Below are positions 1 to 7,317 of a stretch of 23,526 nucleotides of DNA, one piece after another. The notes beneath the pieces were generated by a model. That model saw only the letters and a list, made by a program, of their open reading frames with translations. It did no database searches and had not been told where the DNA came from. The position numbers and the translations under genes are program-made. The DNA is taken from NCBI GenBank assembly GCA_050012475.1, contig JBEKHC010000095.1:1-23526 (forward strand), given 5' to 3'. Each line of letters opens with the position of its first letter. Positions within the stretch are counted from its first letter, which is position 1. Source of the stretch: Candidatus Velthaea sp. (lineage in GTDB: Bacteria; Vulcanimicrobiota; Vulcanimicrobiia; Vulcanimicrobiales; Vulcanimicrobiaceae).

Positions 1-73
1 CCATGAGGCCGCCGGACAGATCGAAATAGCCAAGCTTGGTGTCGGTGTTGCCGACATCGATCGTAACGAGCAT
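1..73 (-). CDS. coaX: Type III pantothenate kinase, N-terminus only (runs off the window edge)
   Basis: Manual translation from ATG at 73 gives MLVTIDVGNTDTKLGYFDLSGGLM, containing the IDVGNT ASKHA motif typical of the CoaX N-terminus. It starts 4 nt after the coaBC stop. Confidence 0.9.
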   Translation of the reverse strand, partial: MLVTIDVGNTDTKLGYFDLSGGLM

Positions 74-77
74 CAGT

Positions 78-1268
78 TCAGCCCGGCTTCGTCCGCAACG
101 CCGCGAGCGCATCCCAAAACCGGGCCGCAAGTTCGCGCTTGGGCGCATGGCCGAGTTCGCTGCGGCCGGTCTGCCCCCACAAAAGCACGAGCGAGTTTGC
201 GCCCGTTCCAAACCCCGCGCCGCCGCTCACGTCGTTGACCGCAATCGCATCGAGATGTTTCGCGCGCAGCTTCGCCCGCGCCGCCGTCTCGATATCGGTG
301 GTCTCGGCAGCGAAGCCGACCAAGAACGTGCCGTTCTTGCGCTCCCCCAACGCCGCGAGGATGTCGGGATTGCGTTCGAGCGCGATGGTCTGCGGCTCGT
401 CGGTTTTCTTGACTTTCTGGGCGTAGGTGCGCGCCGGACGCCAGTCGGCGACCGCGGCGGTGGCGACGGCGATCGATGCAGCGTCCGCCTGCGCGAGCGT
501 CGCGGCCAGCATTTCGCGCGCCGACGTGACCCGCACGACGTTGGCGCCCGGCGGCGGAACGGCGTCGGTCGGTCCCAAGATCAAATCGACGATCGCGCCG
601 CGCGCCAACGCTTCGCGCGCGATCTCGATCCCCGTCGTGCCGGTCGACGCGTTGGAAAGGAAGCGGACCGGATCGATCGCCTCGCGGGTCGGCCCGGCGG
701 TGATGAGGACGCGCTCGCCCGCCAACTCACGCGTCCGCGTCAAGACCCGCTCGATCGCAGCGACGAGGACGTCTTCGTCGGCCAACCGCCCGGCGCCGTA
801 TTCGCGCTCGGCGAGAAATCCCGAGCCCGGTTCGACGATCGCGACGCCGCGCTCGCGCAGGGCATCGAGATGCCCTTGGGTTGCCGGATGCTCGAGCATC
901 GAGGTGTTCATCGCCGGAGCGACGAGCAGCGGAACGCGCGCCGCGAGCGCGATGTTCGTCAACAAATCGTCGGCCACGCCCAACGCCAGGCGCGCGATGA
1001 GATGGGCGGTCGCCGGCACGATCGCCAGCACCTCGTTCTCGCGCGCCAGCGCGATGTGCGGGATCGCGGCGGCGTCTTCCCATAGCGACGTGTAGACCTT
1101 GCGCCGGGTCAGCGCCGCAAACGTCAAGGGAGTGATGAACTGCTGGGCTTCGGCGGTGAGCACGACGTCCAGCACGCAGCCGCGTTGAACCAAACGGCTC
1201 GTTAGCGCGGCCGCTTTATACGCGGCGATCCCGCCGCAGACACCGAGCAGGACGCGCCTCTCGTTCAT
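78..1268 (-). CDS. coaBC: Bifunctional phosphopantothenoylcysteine decarboxylase / phosphopantothenate-cysteine ligase
   Basis: 396 aa with GVCGGIAAYKA, PATA, PAMN..M, LITAGPTREAIDPVRFLSN.STG, AAVAD and LVGFAAET motifs. Confidence 0.97.
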   Translation of the reverse strand: MNERRVLLGVCGGIAAYKAAALTSRLVQRGCVLDVVLTAEAQQFITPLTFAALTRRKVYTSLWEDAAAIPHIALARENEVLAIVPATAHLIARLALGVADDLLTNIALAARVPLLVAPAMNTSMLEHPATQGHLDALRERGVAIVEPGSGFLAEREYGAGRLADEDVLVAAIERVLTRTRELAGERVLITAGPTREAIDPVRFLSNASTGTTGIEIAREALARGAIVDLILGPTDAVPPPGANVVRVTSAREMLAATLAQADAASIAVATAAVADWRPARTYAQKVKKTDEPQTIALERNPDILAALGERKNGTFLVGFAAETTDIETAARAKLRAKHLDAIAVNDVSGGAGFGTGANSLVLLWGQTGRSELGHAPKRELAARFWDALAALRTKPG

Positions 1269-1342
1269 GCGGCGCGCGTTACCGGAAACGGCCGCGGGAC
1301 GGGACGCCGTCGACCGTTAGCGAACCACAAACGCTTGGGCAT

Positions 1343-1660
1343 TCACGGCGGTGCATCGTTCGTCGTTTCGCTTTTCAAGACGCGCAGGACGGTCCGTCCG
1401 ACCGAAAATGACTGTCCCATCGGAATTGCTTCGCTGCGGGTCACCGGATGGCCGTCGACTTGGGTACCGTTCCGACTAGCGAGGTCGGTCAATTGCAGCT
1501 CACCGGAATTTTCGGCCAACTTCGCATGTTTACGTGAAATATACCGATCAATAGTAATGCAGGCAGTAGCGACGGAATCGTCCCTCCCGATCGTGATCTC
1601 ACGATCGAAGGTCCAGGTTTTCCCGTCGAGCGGCCCGCTCATCACCTCGAGGACATACAT
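1343..1660 (-). CDS. Stand-alone FHA domain protein (~105 aa)
   Basis: IGRD, ISRKHA and DLASRNGT FHA signature residues. Start placed at ATG 1660 (GTG 1663 possible) because the ORF-track extension to 1921 overlaps the opposite-strand gene. Confidence 0.9.
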   Translation of the reverse strand: MYVLEVMSGPLDGKTWTFDREITIGRDDSVATACITIDRYISRKHAKLAENSGELQLTDLASRNGTQVDGHPVTRSEAIPMGQSFSVGRTVLRVLKSETTNDAPP

Positions 1661-1717
1661 CACGTCGGGCGTTCGCCCGGTGGCGACGCACGGTCCTTTC
1701 CGCCGGTCAGGATAACC

Positions 1718-1942
1718 ATGGGAAACAAAGAGACGACAACTGCGACCTCCTCCGATGTCGATCCGGACGCGCTGCGTTCGGCCGAGTTCCTGCAAACGCA
1801 GATGATCCTCGACACGCTGGTCGGCAAAACGGTGGCTGCGGCAAAAGTCGAAGAAACCCGCATCACGGTCTCGACGACGAGCGGACAAACCTTCTACTTC
1901 TACGGCTTCATGGGCGCGCACTCGGAGGGCGACGCGGGCTAA
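1718..1942 (+). CDS. Small hypothetical protein (74 aa)
   Basis: ATG preceded by AGGA, GC-rich third codon positions and protein-like composition (ILDTLVGKTVAAAKVEETRITVST...FYFYGF). Fills the gap between FHA and PilZ. Confidence 0.75.
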   Translation: MGNKETTTATSSDVDPDALRSAEFLQTQMILDTLVGKTVAAAKVEETRITVSTTSGQTFYFYGFMGAHSEGDAG

Positions 1943-1993
1943 GCCGCACCCGCGGCCGGTCGATCCCCGGCGTCGAGGCTTCCCAGGGCATCC

Positions 1994-2389
1994 CTAGGTT
2001 TGGCCGGCTGCGCGCAGTTCGTCTACGCGTTCGTCGATCTCGAGTTGCTGCTCGGGCGGCATCGACATGAAGGCCGCGCTCGAGAAATAGGAGCCGCGCT
2101 CGCGGTCGAACATCGAATCCACGATGCGGGCCTTGACCACGATCGGCCTCCGGTCAAAATCGAAGCGAATCGACACGCTCGCACCGCCGAACAGCCGCGT
2201 CAGCGACTGCAGGCGCACGCCGCCGGCGCCGATGTTGACGATCGTGCAGTTCTGCCAATCCGGCCGCTCACCGACGGAGTACTGCGCCCGCAAGTCGACG
2301 GCGACGCGCGAAAACCGACGGCGGGTCGGCGGCGCGCTTGATTGTGGGGGCTGCCCGACCGGCTTCGTCGGCGGGTCTTCGGGCTTCAT
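1994..2389 (-). CDS. Single-domain PilZ protein (putative c-di-GMP receptor, ~131 aa)
   Basis: RRRFSR (RxxxR) followed by NIGAGG, a variant of (D/N)xSxxG, then a beta-rich body. ATG at 2389 lies 17 nt after the upstream stop. Confidence 0.85.
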   Translation of the reverse strand: MKPEDPPTKPVGQPPQSSAPPTRRRFSRVAVDLRAQYSVGERPDWQNCTIVNIGAGGVRLQSLTRLFGGASVSIRFDFDRRPIVVKARIVDSMFDRERGSYFSSAAFMSMPPEQQLEIDERVDELRAAGQT

Positions 2390-2406
2390 GATACGATGCC
2401 AGTTTT

Positions 2407-3657
2407 TTACCCGGTTCGGAGGACCTCCGTTGCGGCCGCCATCGCTCCCAATGCCGTGTGCTCTGCGGTAATTCCGCCTTGCAGATAAACCGCGTACGGT
2501 TCGCGCAGCGGTGCGTCGCACGAAAGGTCGATCGTCGCGCCGCTGACGAACGAGCCGCTCGACATGATGACCGGATCGGCGTAACCGGGAACCGGCCCCG
2601 GCTCGGGCCGAAAGCGGGCGTTGACCGGCAGCATGCGCTGCAGGCCGCGCGCAAAGGCCAGCAAGCGCTGCGGCGTCGACAAACAAATCGATTGCACGAT
2701 GTCGGCGCGCGGGATCCCCGGTGCGGGATCGACGGCAAACCCCAGCTCGGCGAACAGCGCAGCGGCGAAGTCGAGCCCGCGCAACGCCTCGCCCACGACG
2801 AGCGGCGCGTAAAACAAGCCTTGAATGAACGCGCGTCCGATGCCCAGCGTCGGACCGAGTCCCGCGCCGATCCCGGGCGCGAAGATGCGCGTGGCCACGC
2901 GGTCGACGAGCTCGGCGCGTCCGGCGATATAGCCGCCGGTGGGAGCGATGCCCCCGCCGATATTCTTGATGAGCGAACCGATCGCGAGATCCGCCCCGGC
3001 TTCGAGCGGCTCGCGATCCTCGACGAGTTCGCCGTAGCAGTTGTCGACGACGACGGGCGCTCGCGACCCGCACGCGTGCACGACATCGACGATCGCGGCC
3101 ACATCGTCGATGCGCAACGAGCGGCGCGCGGCGTAGCCGCGCGAACGTTGGACGAACACGACGGCGGGTTGCCGGGCACGCACCGCCGCAGCCAGTGCAG
3201 CCAGATCCGTGGCCCCGTCGGGCGTGCGGGGAACCTCTGCATAGACGACGCCGCGCGACACCAACGAATACGGCGCGCTCGCAATCGCGAACGTCAAGGT
3301 GTCGTACGGCGCGCCGTTGGCGCACAGCAGCACGTCGTCCGGCCGCGTCAGGGCGTCGAGCGCGGCGACGATGGCGTGCGTCCCGCTGACGATCGACAGC
3401 CGCGCGAGCACTTTTTCGGCCCGAAAATAACGCGCCAGCAGCGATTCGTAACGGTCGCGCGCGGGGTCGTCGTAGCCGTAGCCGGTGCTGCCCCAGAGAT
3501 CGGATTCACCGATTCCCTCGGCCAAAAACGCCGCGATCACGCGCATCTTCACGCGCACGCGCGCCGGGTCGCTGCGTTCGAGAAACACTGCCGCGCGTTC
3601 CGCCGCGGCGCGCACGCGGGGCTCGACGTCGACGCCGGCGAGGATCGTGTCGATCAT
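2407..3657 (-). CDS. Methionine gamma-lyase family / aluminium-resistance (YnbB-like) PLP-dependent protein (~416 aa)
   Basis: STGYGYDD, VSGTHAI, PYDTL, QRSRGY, VDNCYGE and GSLIKN.GGG (PLP lysine) motifs. ATG at 3657 overlaps the upstream TGA (ATGA coupling). Confidence 0.93.
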   Translation of the reverse strand: MIDTILAGVDVEPRVRAAAERAAVFLERSDPARVRVKMRVIAAFLAEGIGESDLWGSTGYGYDDPARDRYESLLARYFRAEKVLARLSIVSGTHAIVAALDALTRPDDVLLCANGAPYDTLTFAIASAPYSLVSRGVVYAEVPRTPDGATDLAALAAAVRARQPAVVFVQRSRGYAARRSLRIDDVAAIVDVVHACGSRAPVVVDNCYGELVEDREPLEAGADLAIGSLIKNIGGGIAPTGGYIAGRAELVDRVATRIFAPGIGAGLGPTLGIGRAFIQGLFYAPLVVGEALRGLDFAAALFAELGFAVDPAPGIPRADIVQSICLSTPQRLLAFARGLQRMLPVNARFRPEPGPVPGYADPVIMSSGSFVSGATIDLSCDAPLREPYAVYLQGGITAEHTALGAMAAATEVLRTG

Positions 3658-4925
3658 ACCCGTTCGGCGGCTCCCGCGAGAACCGGCCGGCGTTCTTCTT
3701 TGGCCAACTCGGCCCGTTCGAACAACCGCACGAACGGCGCGTAGATCACGGTTGCCAGCGCGATGTTCAGTACCGCGAGCGCGAGCGCGCGCCAGTCGAA
3801 CGTTGCCAGCACCACGCTGATCACCGTCGGAATCGACGACGGAACGTAGAAGGCGGGGGCGCGCACGAAACCGGTCTTCATCGCAAGATACGTCGTCGTC
3901 GCCAGCACGCCCGGCGCGACCAGGAACGGAATGGCCAGATAGGCGTTGAACACCAGCGGCACGCCCAAGATCAGCGGCTCGTTGGTATTGATGAGCGACG
4001 GTCCGATCGCCGCGTACGCAATCTTTTTCAGGCGCGCGCTCTTCGAGCGCAGCAGCAGCAGCGCGAGCGACAGCGTGGCCCCCGCGCCGCCCGGAAACAC
4101 GAACAGGAACGTCGAGACCACGACGATGTGCGGCAGCGGCGAACCGTGCGAATACGCCGCCGTGTTCTCGAATTGCAGCTTGAGATAGATCGGGGTGACG
4201 ACCGCGGCGAGCAGCGCCGGTCCGTGGATGCCGACCAGCCACAGCGCGGCCTGCAGCAGCGTGATGATCAGCAGCGCGGTATAGCTGTCACCCAAGTTTC
4301 CCAGCGGCTCGATCGCCGATCCCAGCGCGCGCGCCAGCGACAAATGCAGTTCGAACGCCAGAAAGGCGATCGCCAGAATCGCCAGCGCGCCGACCCACGT
4401 TCGGCCCGCGCCCAACTCGCGCCGCGCGAGCGACAACGCCCCGGCGGTCAGCAGCGCGACGACGATGGCCAGAAACAGGCCGCTCGCTCCCAGCGCCAAC
4501 GCGTAGTCCGAAATTTTCGCGGTGCGCGGATGGGGCATCGACAGAGCGAACACTGCCAGCGTCGCCGGCAACTCGAGCCAAACGGAATGCCGCAACCGCC
4601 GCGCCAACACCGTTGCGAGCGAGAACAGCAGCACCACCGACATCGAGGTGAACCCGACGTCGAGCGTGAGCACCAATCGCTTGGACGAAAATGCGTCGCG
4701 AAAACGGTCGACGATGCTGCCATGCTCGGCCAACAGCAAGAATGCGGCCAGCCCCGCGATCAAGCCGACGAAGCTGAACGGCAGCGCATCGCGCAGCGCG
4801 AGAATCGCCGGCACGTCGCCGAAACGCTGCGCGAACGGTTCGAGCCGGCGCTCGAGCCATCGAAAAAACGGATTGAGGCTAGAGTCTGCGGACGACGGCC
4901 TCGACCCGTCCGACGATGGTGACAT
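3654..4925 (-). CDS. PTS transporter subunit EIIC, cellobiose/diacetylchitobiose (Lac) family
   Basis: Multi-TM protein with ALRDA, LWLVGIHG, GGAGATL and INTNEP.ILG.P..N....IPF motifs of CelB/ChbC-like EIIC. Start uncertain: the ATG at 4925 overlaps the lexA 3' end by 47 nt. Confidence 0.88.
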   Translation of the reverse strand: MSPSSDGSRPSSADSSLNPFFRWLERRLEPFAQRFGDVPAILALRDALPFSFVGLIAGLAAFLLLAEHGSIVDRFRDAFSSKRLVLTLDVGFTSMSVVLLFSLATVLARRLRHSVWLELPATLAVFALSMPHPRTAKISDYALALGASGLFLAIVVALLTAGALSLARRELGAGRTWVGALAILAIAFLAFELHLSLARALGSAIEPLGNLGDSYTALLIITLLQAALWLVGIHGPALLAAVVTPIYLKLQFENTAAYSHGSPLPHIVVVSTFLFVFPGGAGATLSLALLLLRSKSARLKKIAYAAIGPSLINTNEPLILGVPLVFNAYLAIPFLVAPGVLATTTYLAMKTGFVRAPAFYVPSSIPTVISVVLATFDWRALALAVLNIALATVIYAPFVRLFERAELAKEERRPVLAGAAERV

Positions 4926-5517
4926 CTTCGGCGTACATTGGCGCCATGGTCGAATTCTCCGGTTGCAGCCGGATGCGCCCCGGCTCGCGGTAGAACCGCT
5001 TCACCGTCGCCTCACCGTCGATCATCGCCACCACGATTTCGCCGTTGGTCGCATCGGGGCGCGGATCGATCACGAGCAGATCGCCGTCGAGGATCGCGGC
5101 GTCGATCATCGAGTCGCCCTTGACGCGCAGCATGAACGTGCCCGGGCGCCGTGCGAAGGAGGCCGGCAGAACGAACGTCTCTTCCAGATTTTCCGCCGCC
5201 GTGATCGGCACGCCGGCCGCCACGCGGCCGACCACCGGGATCAGCGCGACCTCCGGCGCATCTTCGGGCGCCGCCTGCGGGCCCGCTTTTTGCCGCTGAT
5301 ATTCGCGCGGAACGAGGGCGCGGGGCTTGGTCGGATCGCGCCACAATAACCCCCGGCGTTCGAGCGTCTTGAGGTGGGACTGGACGGTCGACGACGATGA
5401 CAGGCCGACGGCTTCGCCGATCTCGCGAACCGACGGCGGATAGCCGTGGGCCGCGGTAAATTCACGGATGACGTCGAGAATGCGCAACTGCTTCTCCGTC
5501 ACCGCTCGCTCGGACAT
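4879..5517 (-). CDS. lexA: SOS transcriptional repressor LexA
   Basis: GYPPSVREIG winged HTH, VAAG.P Ala-Gly cleavage site, GDSM catalytic Ser and TVKR catalytic Lys. GGAGG RBS upstream. Confidence 0.98.
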   Translation of the reverse strand: MSERAVTEKQLRILDVIREFTAAHGYPPSVREIGEAVGLSSSSTVQSHLKTLERRGLLWRDPTKPRALVPREYQRQKAGPQAAPEDAPEVALIPVVGRVAAGVPITAAENLEETFVLPASFARRPGTFMLRVKGDSMIDAAILDGDLLVIDPRPDATNGEIVVAMIDGEATVKRFYREPGRIRLQPENSTMAPMYAEDVTIVGRVEAVVRRL

Positions 5518-5618
5518 GAAAGCCTCCCCTACAAAATTCCGGCGGCTTCGTTTTCACAATGCCACCCAGTCGGCACAGTCCATCGGTACGCTGGCCGTAT
5601 TACGCAGAATCCTACCAG

Positions 5619-5624
5619 ATTATA
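5619..5624 (-). promoter_or_regulatory. Putative lexA promoter -10 element (TATAAT)
   Basis: Perfect TATAAT on the minus strand about 100 nt upstream of lexA. The -35 position is a poor match and is overlapped by the SOS box at 5635-5648. Confidence 0.6.
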
Positions 5625-5634
5625 CAGAAAAAGG

Positions 5635-5648
5635 CAAACATACGTTCG
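5635..5648. promoter_or_regulatory. LexA box (one mismatch)
   Basis: CAAAC-ATAC-GTTCG versus consensus CGAAC-N4-GTTCG, located between the divergent lexA and LysM promoters. Confidence 0.75.
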
Positions 5649-5656
5649 TAGATATA

Positions 5657-5685
5657 TTGACGGTAGGAGGAAGAAGCGATATTAT
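5657..5685 (+). promoter_or_regulatory. Sigma70/SigA-type promoter of the LysM gene
   Basis: TTGACG (5657-5662), 17-nt spacer, TATTAT (5680-5685). Confidence 0.75.
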
Positions 5686-5693
5686 ATTGGGGG

Positions 5694-5707
5694 CGAACAG
5701 CCGTTCG
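5694..5707. promoter_or_regulatory. LexA box (perfect Gram-positive-type)
   Basis: CGAAC-AGCC-GTTCG immediately downstream of the predicted transcription start of the LysM gene. Confidence 0.88.
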
Positions 5708-5736
5708 GCCCCATATCTTGGGATCGGAGAAGCACA

Positions 5737-6024
5737 GTGTTGTACGGTCGCCGTCGCAGGTTCACTCTCATGCCGCTGATCGCGCTCGGAGGCCTCGCCC
5801 TCGCGGTCACGATCCCCGTCCTGTCCGCGACAACGATCCATGCCGCAGCTCCCGTTCGCTACGCAACCGTTACCGTGCAACCCGGCGATAACGTCTGGTC
5901 GTTGGCCGAACAACGCGCTCCCAAAGGCTCCGACATTCAGTCCGTGGTCGATGATATCGTCGCGGTCAATCACATCGGCGGCGCCGGCTTGACGCCGGGT
6001 CAGCGCATCCAAATCCCGCAATAG
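5737..6024 (+). CDS. YneA/DivS/ChiZ-like SOS cell-division inhibitor (N-terminal TM + LysM domain, ~95 aa)
   Basis: GGAG RBS then GTG at 5737. Basic N-terminus, hydrophobic segment and LysM (VTVQPGDNVWSLA...N......LTPGQRIQIP). Divergent from lexA behind SOS boxes, the established lexA/yneA arrangement. Confidence 0.88.
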   Translation: MLYGRRRRFTLMPLIALGGLALAVTIPVLSATTIHAAAPVRYATVTVQPGDNVWSLAEQRAPKGSDIQSVVDDIVAVNHIGGAGLTPGQRIQIPQ

Positions 6025-6140
6025 CGCCGCGCGCTACTTGCGTCATCGCTACCGAGTCGCCGCGTTGCCACTCGCTCCGCTCGACGATACGGCGGCTGGC
6101 GCAACGATTATGAATTTAACTTTTTCGTCCCTCGATAGCG

Positions 6141-6149
6141 TGCTATAGT
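6141..6149 (+). promoter_or_regulatory. Extended -10 promoter (TGcTATAGT), probably producing a leaderless mRNA
   Basis: TGnTATAGT ends 6 nt before the GTG start at 6156, and no Shine-Dalgarno is present. Confidence 0.55.
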
Positions 6150-6155
6150 GGCGTC

Positions 6156-7001
6156 GTGGTCCAGCCGAGCTTTCGCGTAGCGACTCCCGAGGAAGCTGCG
6201 TGGTACACCCGCCGCCTTTATCCGCTTCAAGATCGGATATTCGGCATTGCCGGCGGATACGACGACCGCCTTGTCCTTACCGGCGGAACCGCATTGGCGA
6301 GACTGTATCTCGACCACCGGTATAGCGACGACATCGACTTCTTCACGCTCCAGCCGCAAGCGGGCAGACTCGGACGGGACCTCGGAAACGCGCTCCTTCA
6401 AGCTGGCTTTTCCGTCGATCCGGTCCAGGCAACCCCCGATTTCTTTCGCGGGAACGTCTCGGACGGCATTACCCGCATACAGGTCGACGTTGCCCCTGAC
6501 GCCGCGCGCGTCGTTCCTCCCGCGCGCAGCGCACTGGGCGTCTTTGCCCACGATCTGCGCGACATTGCCGCAAACAAAATCTCTGCTTACGAGAATCGCG
6601 CCGAAGTAAAAGACGCCGTCGATCTTTTTTATCTCTCGCAAGCCGAGCCATGGTCAGAGATGTTCGCTGATGCCGAGATCAAACGTGTGCCGATCGCATA
6701 CGAAGATCTGCAGCACTTCTTGCTTCAACCGCTTAGCGGTGAGGCACTTCTGACCCGTGAAATCCTCAGCGACACGTTCGACGCCTTCGTCGCCACCCTC
6801 CGAGCTGAGATCGCCGCCGAGATCAAAAAAAAAGTGTTGGCGGCAACGCTGCAGATCGCGGAAATCAGCTCTAGCCTTTTGTGGGACACACCGTTCGAGG
6901 ATCGCAACATCAACGACCGGACGCGCCCGGTGCTCGCGCGCCGGGCGAAAGACCTGCCGCTCCCGCAGCGGATTGCCCTGCTTGAAGCAGTCCGCAAATA
7001 A
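6156..7001 (+). CDS. AbiEii/AbiGii (DUF1814) family nucleotidyltransferase toxin-like protein with C-terminal extension
   Basis: LTGGTAL, HRYSDDIDFF, NK.SA...R and KD..DL motifs, 281 aa. Confidence 0.9.
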   Translation: MVQPSFRVATPEEAAWYTRRLYPLQDRIFGIAGGYDDRLVLTGGTALARLYLDHRYSDDIDFFTLQPQAGRLGRDLGNALLQAGFSVDPVQATPDFFRGNVSDGITRIQVDVAPDAARVVPPARSALGVFAHDLRDIAANKISAYENRAEVKDAVDLFYLSQAEPWSEMFADAEIKRVPIAYEDLQHFLLQPLSGEALLTREILSDTFDAFVATLRAEIAAEIKKKVLAATLQIAEISSSLLWDTPFEDRNINDRTRPVLARRAKDLPLPQRIALLEAVRK

Positions 7002-7021
7002 CGCGCCGAACGCCGCGCTAC

Positions 7022-7056
7022 GACCGGCCTGCGATTGCGCGAGCCGGTCCTTTATT
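7022..7056 (+). terminator. Putative intrinsic terminator after the nucleotidyltransferase gene
   Basis: GACCGGC...GCCGGTC stem followed by CTTTATT, 20 nt after the stop. Confidence 0.5.
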
Positions 7057-7317
7057 CATCGACATGTCCGCGCATGGTGCGCAGTCATCGATCGCTTTCT
7101 TCCGCAGTTTTCCCGCGGCCCACGCGAAAGTGCCCCGCCCACTCCGCAAACGCCCCTGGTTCACGGTCGCGTGTAAGGTTGAGGCCTTCGTCGGCCAACT
7201 CGATGCTGACCACATCTCCGTCGACTTGAAGGAAGTTCTGCCTTACTCTCCACGCTCATCCAAGGAGTTATGGCACCTGACCGATCCCGACCTGTCAGGC
7301 GATGCTTCGCTGTCCGG

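Noticed and set aside
2390..4242. Long N-terminal extensions in the ORF track (PilZ to 3325, YnbB to 4242; also FHA to 1921 and LysM from 5446)
   Set aside because: They overlap neighbouring genuine genes or promoter elements and have no family similarity.
7130..7280. 6S RNA
   Set aside because: Short resemblances (TGAACCAGGG, GTCAGCAT) and a rod-like fold exist, but the typical closing-stem motifs and a clear central bubble are missing. Kept only as an unexplained segment.
7255..7280. SAM-I riboswitch 3' half (GGTGCC..A.TCC...GATGAG on the minus strand)
   Set aside because: No matching 5' half (ATC.AGAG...GAGGGA...GCAACC) upstream.
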